From contig CBFFRP010000218.1 of the NCBI GenBank assembly GCA_965644295.1, forward strand, positions 124,001 through 188,000: DNA of 64,000 nucleotides, given 5' to 3'. Source of the stretch: Paraphysomonas bandaiensis. Taxonomy: Eukaryota > Protista > Chrysophyceae. A program made the translations under genes and the position numbers. The notes below the pieces were generated by a model. It made no database searches. It saw only the letters and a list, made by a program, of their open reading frames with translations, and was not told where the DNA came from. Positions 35,101-45,800 of this stretch are shown here, piece by piece (the stretch's first letter is position 1; every line of letters starts with the position of its first letter).

Positions 35101-37130
35101 GTCCGGACGTCGCAAAACATCGCCAGCTCCTCCTGTACAAACGATAGAGTAGAAGATCGAAGACACTCTAAAATCTCCATTGCAGGCTCGACTTTATTAC
35201 TATTCGTAAATCCATTGATATCATATCGAACGGATGATACGTAGTGTTGAATCAGGAACTCATACTTCTTCTGCTCATTGCGACCAGCAATAAACATTTT
35301 GTTATTCGAGTGTTGCGTGTATAGGATGCTTGCTAGTTTCTCATCAGAGGTGGATGATTTTAACTTCAATTGGTCATCGCAGATTGTAAAAATGCCATTT
35401 GATTTGTTGTCGAGGAGACGGATTGTCAGAGCATTATCAAAAAAATTAACTATCCCCACATTAACACTCTCCGAGTAGAAAAACTCCTTATCAAGAACGA
35501 ATACCATTTGGTTGAGGAACTGAAATAGACGTTCATTTGAGTAGTTCACACACAACTGCTCCAGGGAATTCCTGTCAAAACACTCAAACCCAGTAAAGTC
35601 ATATATATTAAATTGGTTTTGAGCTATAGGGGTCGCTGGACTACAGTCGAATACATTTCCCTGGTCAGATAATGTGGTATCTGACTTTGTGGGAGTTCCC
35701 TCCGCATTTGCGGCACAGAACAATTCCGCGATTCCAGCATTCACTTTGCTCACGACCCAGCGAAATAAAGAGATGTATAGTTGACTTGCGAATGCATCCC
35801 GTGCCACAAGAGACTCAGCTAAATCCAAATTTTTCTCCACGATGTTTCCAGCAAAGTTGAGACTCCTTTTGGCGACTACGGCTAGGAGGGATTCGAGTGT
35901 TATACCCAGCAACTTGAAGACTCTATTCATATGATCCACACTGGCTGGGTCAGAAGAAAACACTGTAGATACATCCCCATAATTATCTACTTCCTCCAAT
36001 TCAATTTGCCCAAGATGCAAAATCCCTGCAAGTACAGCAAATATAGACGAGTTTTGCTTCGCCTTATTTATTTTTGCAATAGAATCCAAGGCAGCGGCAA
36101 GATCCTTGTAGCTGGACTTCCCCGGACGGAACACCGTTTTCGGTCGAGTCATGGCATATCGGAAGGTAGTAAGGTTGTCAATACCGTACTTGCTCATTGC
36201 TTGAGCCGCGAAATATATGTCGTCAAAAACGTCAAAAAATACATTGTAGTTGGACTCGCCAGGGCGCTGGATGGTGGTCCGATCCATTTCCAGGTGAAAA
36301 CAGCGGAATATGACACCCTTTATGGCTCCTGTTTTTTCACTGAAAGTTATCTTTATCGCTTTGGAGAACCTCGATGATGTGATATTACTCACAGTCTGTG
36401 CGTGACCAAAAGACTCTAGAATAGTGTGCACATGATCAAAGAACTTTATATCTGGAGTAAACGAAGTGTCAGTATCTAGTCGTCGTTGAAGCTTAGCTGC
36501 AATTAATGCAATGTGACTACATAGCTCTCGGGTGCAACGGGACTTGCCCCCGCCTGATTCCCCCAACATGATGACTGCTTGATTCCCAGAGCTTCTGAAA
36601 CTTACATTGGAGGGATGGAGTTTGAGGTACTTTTCATATGCCATTTTTATAATATCTGCTCGGATGGGATTAACGATATCTTGTCGCGCTTTGTCAACTA
36701 AAAAGTAATTTTTGTACATCTTTTCGTTAACAACGCTTGGGATGACCTCGTGACGATTTATAGACAAGAGTACAGGACCCACAGACAAATATCTCACATT
36801 TTCAGCAAAACAATGACGTAAACACTCCACTATCTCAGGTTCATTAATAATCGGTAATGCTGGTAAATCAATATCAGTAATTCTATTAAAATGAGAGTTA
36901 CTCCTTGGTTTAATATGTTGAAACTCATGAATCTCATCATCCTCATATTTAGTCTTAATAATTTCTCTTTCACCATCTAGTACATCAACATGAACTTCAA
37001 CTTTCCCCCCTAATTCTCCTATATGACCAATATCTTTAACAATTGATTTCTTCCATATAGAATCAATTTCATCTGTATAACTCCATACATCAGCACCTTC
37101 ATATATACTACATTTACTTTCATCAACCAT
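29118..37130 (-). CDS. Myosin motor-IQ-coiled coil-PH-EF-PI-PLC(X/Y)-like-C2 fusion protein with RS/H-rich tail (multi-exon)
   Basis: Myosin GESGGGKS, NITSSRFSK, DFTGFE, SLEQLCVNYSNERL, 3 IQ motifs; introns 33126-33175, 32954-32999, 32458-32505, 31839-31885 join in frame to PH, EF, DMSHPLQHYYIS, GCRALEL, NGGCGYVLKP, NPFWNE, LRQGFR. Confidence 0.8.
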
Positions 37131-38303
37131 TTAATACATAAAATAGAAATAAAAATAGATTGAAATTATATGAAACTGTTCAAGAGAGTGTTTCTTATGA
37201 TAGTAATGAGCTTGAGTTGGTTAATGTGGAGTGTGGTATCGTCGTAGTATGTATGTGTATATGGAACTCATCTTGTAATTTTTAACGCATATTTTCATAT
37301 AAAATTTTAATTATTCGCTAAAAAAACACACATATAAAAATAAACAGAAATGTACCTGTATACGTATAGACAACCAGTAGCAGTACACTATGTGTACAAT
37401 GTCATACTATAGCCGTACTGTAGGTACATACTTATATGTACGTACATACAGAGTATCATAGTACAGGTAGAGTGGTACTGCTCTATATATACTGTATATG
37501 CTACGACGTACTACTGTTGAAGTATGTGTAAAAAACGGCTACTCTTTTAGCGAAGTTTGAGGGTATTATTGAAAATACGGTACTATATACAGAGCATACC
37601 TTAACCGCTCAATCAGAGAGTGGTGCCGCACATGCACGTGCATAGTGCCATAAGATATAAGATCCATGATGGTTGGGAAGATGTGAATTCTGAATTCCTT
37701 GATTGCTAAGCTCGTAATCGGATGAAACATGCGTAACTAGACTAACACTACTTAGCTGTAGCTCATGATGGAATGTATGTGGAATACTGTTGCATTGTGA
37801 TGCAGAGATAGTACTGTTGTGGTACCAACGTGCTCAACATCACTGCCATTATCTTATACCCTCCAGAATCGAAGATACACGTCCCAAATGAAGAATAGAG
37901 TTTGTAAGTGTTGGTGATTGAAATATCACGCTGACACGATTAAAGCGTACTCTCTCCCTGTCATGCCGCTTTTGCAATTCACAGCTCTCACACTAATATT
38001 TGCTGAATGCTGAATTCCACATACAGAGGAGCTCAAAGGCAAGTACCGATCTCGCTTTTATATACAATAACTCCTGGATATGCGCTACTTGTTAAGGTAG
38101 TGTTACTGCAGTTATGGGGTCATATTTTCTATATACATTTTGCAATAAATCCTATTTTTAGATATAGACTTATTTTTCTCGATCCATGAGTTTCTTTGAG
38201 CCTATGTTGATAAAAAACGACTAGATTTTGGATTAGAAAGTCTTACGATCTAGGTAGCTGGTTTAGTAGTTGTGAAGAACAAAATCGTGAATAGAAATCT
38301 AAT

Positions 38304-40363
38304 GGGAAATATTATTCAACCTAGTCAAATTGGTTGAATTACCTAGTCACGCTATTTTTGGTGGAATAACCTAGTCAAAGTAATAAATGACTCAACCTAG
38401 TCAACTTTGGTATTCAACCTAGTCGTTCTTATATCCATTGATTACACACTGTGACTGTCTAAGATACCATCTCACACCACACAATATATTAGTGGCTTAC
38501 AGAGCATCAAAACAAACACTCAAACATAACAATAAGCTCATATATACATATCTACATAACATAGATGTACGTGTATGTCTATCTAGCCTATCTGTAGCAT
38601 GTATGCATATAGCGATGGTCCCTGTGAGTGTTATGGGGAGGAGGGTGCATGAAGCTGTGGGCATAACTCACTCTATGATCCGCAGGACATCTTGAGATCT
38701 TCATATGCTGTGAGTGATGGCGCTCATCTTCCTTCACTTCAGAACTGAATGAATGACTTCGATTGCTGCATTGGCTTTCAGGGGTGCATAAATCTCCCTA
38801 TTTTTAGTCCAACGGAAAAAAAAGGAGGTTTTCAGGGAACAAACTTCTAAAAGCAGTATCATTGAAGTGGACTGTAGAGCAGCATCAGAACATCAGCATC
38901 ATGAGTGTGTCATCAGTCTTACAGCATCATGAGTGTGTCATCAGTCTTACAGCATCATGAGTGTGTCATCAGCCTTACAGCATCATGAGTGTGTCATCAG
39001 TCTTACAGCACCATGAGTGTGTCATCAGTCTTACAGCATCATGAGTGTGTCATCAGTCTTACAGTATCATGAGTGTGTCATCAGTCTTACAGTATCATGA
39101 GTGTGTCATCAGTCTTACAGCACCATGAGTGTGTCATCAGTCTTACAGCACCATGAGTGTGTCATCAGTCTTACAGCATCATGAGTGTGTCATCAGTCTT
39201 ACAGCATCATGAGTGTGTCATCAGCCTTACAGCACCATGAGTGTGTCATCAGTCTTACAGCATCATGAGTGTGTCAGTAGTCTTACAGTATCATGAGTGT
39301 GTCATCAGTCTTACAGCATCATGAGTGTGTCAGTAGTCTTACAGTATCATGAGTGTGTCATCAGTCTTACAGTATCATGAGTGTGTCATCAGTCTTACAG
39401 TATCATGAGTGTGTCATCAGTCTTACAGTATCATGAGTGTGTCATCAGTCTTACAGCATCTTGCTTTCAGACTGGCTTATGGGTATGTCGTATTTTGGAT
39501 TCAGGTCCTCTGAACTGTAAGTATATGACTAGGTTTTATATTGTACTGATGCGTTTTAGTGGAGTACGGATCACTGTATTATAGGTACCACAGCATATAT
39601 ATGCTGTAAGGGAGGAAGCTTACAAAATCAAGAGCGAAACCTATATTATTATCGTTCTTGTCTACAACTGCCCGCGCTGTGGGTACTAGCAGCTATTGAT
39701 CCTACCTCTAGTGAGGTATGTGCAATAGATATGTACTCTGCATTTATATATTACAATATATTTTGCGTTCTTGTGACTGTTAATCATTGTATGACACAAT
39801 ACTTTTTACAATCTTGTGAGTGCTAATCATTGTATGACAGACATCACAGTATAATATTATGTATGTTGTACGGGAGATCCCTTGATAATCAAGTGCAAAC
39901 CCAATATCGCTTGTGAGGTATGTAAAATACATTTATAACTCTCTACATATCTTAATTATGTGCTCAGGGAACATTGATGTGAAGCACATGTTGATCTCCA
40001 TCAAGACTCACAATGCAGCGAGGTCCCTCATCAACGGTGAACCCACCGATGTCATGGCCCTTGGGAAGCTATGGAATTGCACCGGACATGGTCACCAATT
40101 TCTCATTGGAATGCAACGTTATAATGTTATGTATTGCATGTATACAATATCTACATTTATCAATTGATGGATAGAGTATGCTCCCATGTTTGAATGAAAA
40201 TTTTTATTTTTGACTAGGTGAATACCATAAAACCTAGTCATTGTAAACTGAAAATATGAATTATTAAATGACTAGGTTTTTCAACCGCTTGACTAGGTTT
40301 TTACACCAATTTTGGTGTGACTAGGAAATTACTCCAATTTGACTAGGTTCAATAATAGATCCC
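38304..40363. mobile_element. Non-autonomous Mutator-like (MULE) element, 2060 bp
   Basis: Imperfect TIRs GGGAAATATTATTCAACCTAGTCAAATTGG / CCAATTTGACTAGGTTCAATAATAGATCCC; 9-bp TSD AAATCTAAT; subterminal CCTAGTCA repeats. Confidence 0.88.
38897..39456. repeat. 28-bp minisatellite x20 (CATCATGAGTGTGTCATCAGTCTTACAG)
   Basis: Head-to-tail units with few substitutions and no spacers. Confidence 0.95.
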
Positions 40364-40915
40364 AAATCTAATTTACGCCACGTCAACAATATTTCGTCAA
40401 GGCGCGACACTTCAGCTTCGTGTTTCTTACAATTTATTGCTAATGAAGTATACAATATAGTCCTTTTATCCTGGTACTATATCTCACATTTCTGTTATTA
40501 AATTTCGTTTGGACTTGATATATGCTGCATTAGTTTCATTGTTAAAGTGACGACTCGGTTTGTATCTAAAACAGGCTCGTTAGAATCATATATTACTTTG
40601 ACATGATATTCACACCAGAATTAGTGCGACTAGGAAATTTCACTATTTGTCAATGTTGAATATATTTCCCGTGTAGGACCACATGTCGAAACATCGACAC
40701 TGTAGTTGAAACAGACGAACCATTGTTGACAGAGTTAATATTGTATTGGTTTTGTCAAATTATATTAATTTTGGGTTGAAGGGTATTCAACTACACCATG
40801 TATATATAAATGGTGCCATACTGCACAATTGCAAATTCTTCAGTAGTCAAACATACTGTAGCCATGCGATGTGTAACTAACATTGCAATTACTATTCGTA
40901 AAGTATTTACAGGAA

Positions 40916-41800
40916 CTAATCTCTTTTCAATCCAGTGGATGTTCCTATTATTGGTTTAATCTCAGTCCCCTCACTCATTAGCACTCCCTTCAAGGCATTC
41001 CATATAGTAGAATAATAGTAGAAAGGAACATACGGCGCAAGGTGGTGAATATTATGATAATTTTGGTGAAGCAGAGGCCAGGTTAGTAAGGATGTGTTGC
41101 TACCATACAACGATATCACACTCGTTGCCTTGTATTCACTCTCAGTTCGTGGAATATCGTGAGATCGGTGAGGTAAATAATCGAAGAAATACGCCAGCAT
41201 GGTTAGAGCAAGTCGGCCGGGTAGTAGGACAGTCCATAGAACCGGGCGTTGAAATCCATTGTGATACAAAATATATAACGCAGAATAGGACCCGAAAAGT
41301 AAAATTAGTGAGATAACAGATTCCATCAACGGACGCTGAAATGTGAATAGTTTAGGAAGATAATACACATAATAACGCAGCTCAGTGGTTAGCCATTTTA
41401 GGGGCAACAGATACGATGGACCAGTTCCAGCGTATGCGTCGGGATCTTTCTCGTGATCATTAGTATGCTTATGATGTTGCAAGTGCATATGCTTAAAAGC
41501 AAAATACGGGAGAGGAAAGCATAATCCACAGATTACACCTACAGTATCGTTTAAACTGCGCATACCGCTACTCACAGTAGCAATTGATCCATGACATGCA
41601 TCATGCATGGGAGTAAACACCGCAAAGATACTGGCTGTCGATACTACAAATGCCAAAATAATATTAATTTTCCCCCAATGTAACAAGAAAAACATGGACA
41701 GTTGAGTGATAATGCACACAATAGCCAACAGAAGAGTTAATACAGCCACACTAGGTATACGAATAATCTCCTGAACTTTCTTTGGGGTTAAGAGATGCAT
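40916..41800 (-). CDS. Membrane fatty-acid desaturase superfamily enzyme, CrtR (beta-carotene hydroxylase)-like
   Basis: His boxes HDACH, HLQHH..TN...DPD, FFDYLPH, QNYHNIHH; intronless. Confidence 0.85.
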   Translation of the reverse strand: MHLLTPKKVQEIIRIPSVAVLTLLLAIVCIITQLSMFFLLHWGKINIILAFVVSTASIFAVFTPMHDACHGSIATVSSGMRSLNDTVGVICGLCFPLPYFAFKHMHLQHHKHTNDHEKDPDAYAGTGPSYLLPLKWLTTELRYYVYYLPKLFTFQRPLMESVISLILLFGSYSALYILYHNGFQRPVLWTVLLPGRLALTMLAYFFDYLPHRSHDIPRTESEYKATSVISLYGSNTSLLTWPLLHQNYHNIHHLAPYVPFYYYSTIWNALKGVLMSEGTEIKPIIGTSTGLKRD

Positions 41801-41923
41801 CTTATCAATGATGTTATAATCTGTCTAAATCCCTTCTTTCCTATTGATATATTCACAATGATTGCACGTAAATAGGTTATGGTTTAGGTACACAGATATG
41901 CTACTATATCTTTGCTTGCTGCC

Positions 41924-42225
41924 GTATTGGCATCCTTTGTATATTTTTGTTCCAAGATGCCTCTAATATTGAGACAACAATTATATGTATTCCTGCCGCA
42001 GTTGTACTTCAGTATTATAGAAGCTTTCTGCTTCAATTATTTTCCGAAAAATAAGATGCTGACTGCCGATACGCGCGTATAGGCTGTCAGCATCTTATTT
42101 TTCGGAAATAAATTGAAGCAAAACTAGTGTATATTACTGCAATACAACTACAGCTGGAATACAGATATTTATTGCCTCAATATTAGAGGCATCTTGGAAG
42201 AAAAATATACAAAGGATGTCGATAC
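41924..42225. mobile_element. Two MITE copies (about 149 bp each) in inverted orientation forming a roughly 300-bp imperfect palindrome
   Basis: 41924-42072 mirrored by 42077-42225 around GCGC; termini GTAT(C/T)GGCA...TGCCGATAC. Confidence 0.85.
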
Positions 42226-42733
42226 GTCGTGTGCTGCTGTGTAGAAGTACATACCGTGTATATACTATACTGCTGTAATAGTGCTGTAGGAATTCCTATA
42301 TGTATAAGCTACAGAATGTATATGAATGATTTTGTACAGTGTTTTTCATAGTTAAACAACTTCTATATGGAACAATGTGTATCATATGTATCAAACCAGT
42401 CTGTTATACGTATAATACAACAGTATTCATATGACATACTCACCCATATTATAGTACGTACAAATGAACCAATCATAATTCTTAAGGAAAACTTGATTGG
42501 ATGTAATGCATTGGGTAACTATTAGTAGGCATTGGACCAATCATCATGACTGGTGGAAAGAGATAGATACGAATTAGCATGCTTGACAAGCGTTACGTGC
42601 GACACCAATGCTTTAATATCTTTGATAACGACGATAACGATTGATTGTGATGTCTTGGACATATTATCATTATTATTGTGTGGTTATACCTTTATCAGTT
42701 CATATTATATCAATTCATATATAGTTATATATC

Positions 42734-42856
42734 ATGAAACTGCATCACATTATCTGCTGGATACTTCTATTGACCCAAAACTTTGTTAGCTTTATAGCTG
42801 CAACATCTGCTCCGACATCGGTACCATCCGGAGAACCTTCTGGTCAACCCACTGGA
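42734..42856 (+). CDS. Original 5' end (signal peptide) of the PTGQ-repeat gene, separated from the rest by the Gypsy insertion
   Basis: [41 protein letters not shown] joins in frame to LPTGQPSGQ at 48392 when the element and one TSD are removed. Confidence 0.88.
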
Positions 42857-45800
42857 TGTAGGACTATCCACTTACATATAGAATATATACGTGTACATGT
42901 CCTGTATTATATGATTAGTAGTACAGTACTGTATTGTATACGTGTACCATGTAGTTAGGAATACAAACTGTAGGGAATGTGATTGTTGTTGGGATTAGCA
43001 ATAGCCGTTGATATTGTAGACAGTATTATTAGCCGTTGATATTGTAGACAGTATTATTCATGATTCATTATACGATAATAATCATTATTTTGTACTTCTG
43101 TACTTGGGTATTGCTTTGCACACATACACATATGTATGCAAGCCCACAGTAATATTACTTAATAAGTAGTACTCAATCTCTGTGATATAACAATATTATG
43201 GGGGAAAGTAAGAGAAGCAAAATAAAAGCAGCTCCTCAAATAGAGGAATTGTTAGCTGCTTCGGGTTCTTCGTCTAAAAAGACGAAAAGAGAGAGAGAAT
43301 CCTCTCGAAAACGAGCAAGAGATGCAACAACATCATCTCAAATGCAATCTTCTCCTCAAACTGAGACATCAGTAGAGGCTGAAGGAGAATTGAGTGGAGT
43401 ATCATTTCGTGAGCTCTCTTCTTCTCAACCAAAGAGAAAGAAGCAAAGGAGTGGAGATCCGCACCCCAACAGGAGTGAGCGCATTGACTTGAATGAAGTC
43501 ATTGCGACGGAATCCACTCCACATGAAGTAATCAATACCGACTCTATTCCCTACTTAGGTAGTGTGCAAGATGAGGATATCATCGAATTTTGTGAAAATC
43601 TCTCGAAAAGAGATCCTAAAGGGACAAAATTCATAAGGTCAGAAATCATGGCACCAACAGTGCGTGATATGCTTCAGTTTCAGCGACAGCAGGATTTTGG
43701 AGATGAGTCTGACGAGGACTGGCTAGATCCAAACATTGTAACTACTGAGGAATTGATTCAGTGGTTAAAGCAAGCCTTTCTAGAGGAAGAGGAGCGATAC
43801 TCTGATACATTGGAGCCTCTTCCTAGGTTCATAGATAATATCATTGGACCAAAGGTTAAGGTGGATATTCATGTTCCTAAAGTATTCTTAAAAGAATATG
43901 GACGTCTGAATGAGCTTTATAAGCTCATTCCGGAGGCAAGTCTCACAGAGGTAGCCTCGGATACCATAGTCAAAACCCTCAAGAAAAACATTAAACTTGT
44001 GGGCGGACATTCCTTCAGAAAGGATGCCAAAGAGAAATTTATAGCGGATATAGGCCAAGGTCAATCTGCACCAAAAGATTTCGGAGCATTCTGTAGAAAG
44101 GTGCGAGAGCTTAACAATGACTATAGTCAAGCTGTGAGAAAAGTAAAGAGGATGGAAACTAAATTGGATTCCAAAGAAACATCTAAGTCTAACAAGACTA
44201 AGAATACAAAAACTTCATCCTCCAGCTCATCCTCAAGTACTAAAGCAACAACTGATACTAAGGAAGCATGTTGGATATGCGGTAATCTTCATAAAGGTGA
44301 CTGCACCCGCAAAACCTGTGCATGGGCTAACCATGAAAAGAAGCCATGGAAAGATTCCACACAGGGCAAAAAATATGCGGTTATGGGTTGGAGTACCTGC
44401 CCTTATGTGGAGAATCCTGATGGTCCTCCAAGATCGAAAACAAGTAAGTTATCATGCCCTAAGTGTTTATATATAAATGCTATTGACATGAATAATGATA
44501 TGCTCGATGTCTTTGTATATCCTAAAGCTGATGTCAATGTACAACAGGTAAAGGAAAATCTAAGAGCTAAAGCCTTATTGGACACGGGGGCTACTGGGAA
44601 TAATTTCATTAACCAAGAACTTGCTGATATGTTAGTTGCTAGGTATAGAATTCCATTGCACGAGTGTAACATTAAAATTTGTAGTGCGCTTGATAATGCT
44701 TGTTGTAGTAGCAAGCAATATATGATAATAACTATAAGATTAACTGATGAGTATAACAATACTCTTGATATTGAGTTGCAATGTTTGATAATAGATAGCA
44801 CCTTTGATATCATAATTGGTAGAGAAACTATCAAGAAATATAGATTAGTTGATCATTTTCCATCTCACTTTATGGAAAGAGAGTTAGCAGGGAAAATGCT
44901 AGCTACGGCCGCGGGCCATGCTGAGAAGACTCAGCTTCTCTCGGAACATATTAGTGAGAGAGCCACATGTTATAATAACATGGAAACATTAAGGCGCCAA
45001 GCTAAGGAACACCTTAGTTATAATAATAATTTACTTACAAGTAATAGCTTGGTTAGTACTATGTATTCACCTCCAATATCATCCATGCGTATAAGTGCAT
45101 ATGAAAAGGAAGATATAGGCGAGATTAGAGATAACTATCTGGAGTCAATCCCAGAAGAAATAGTTACAAATACTCAGGAAAAAGTAGAAGGTACTACGTT
45201 ACCAACTAAAATCTCTGGTCCCGAATCTTTACAAAGGAGGGTGAGAGAAATCCATGAAATCTATAAGGATAGATTTAGAACCACAGTGTCGGATATGCCA
45301 ATGGATGTTCCACCTTTTGAATTAGAGGTAGATAGGGATGCTTGGGAACAACCAAAACATTGTGGTCCGCCACGAAAGATGGATCGAGTACGACAGTATG
45401 CTTGTAAAAAGCAAATCGATACATTTGTGGAGCATGGAATAATACAACCAAGTACGGCTCCTTATTATAGCCAGGTATTATTAGTTCCCAAACCAAATGA
45501 TAAATGGCGATTCTGTGTAGACTATAAAGGTCTAAACAAGCACACACAGAGGGAACGTTGGCCAATACCTAACATCAAAGAAATGTTAGAACGTATTGGG
45601 TCTAAGAAACCCAAATACTTCATAATTCTGGATTTAGTATCTGGTTATTACCAGGCTAAAATTTCAGAGTACTCGAGAAAGTGGACGGCATTTATAACCT
45701 TCTGGGGAGTATTCGAATGGCTCCGACTACCCATGGGTTTGAGTGGTGCTCCATCATACTTTCAACGAGTATTAACAACAATTGTGCTTGCCGGGTTGAT

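Noticed and set aside
33126-37130. Myosin as a stand-alone 1334-aa gene
   Set aside because: Its stop lies at the end of an apparent 50-bp intron, and the downstream PH exon has no start codon or promoter space of its own
38897-39456. 28-bp repeat array as a CRISPR
   Set aside because: Units are contiguous with no unique spacers, there are no cas genes, and the context is eukaryotic
28122-40670. Giant MULE enclosing the myosin-PLC gene (left TIR-like at 28122, right TIR-like at about 40670)
   Set aside because: Ends are degenerate and the flanks share no 9-bp TSD; more likely independent remnants
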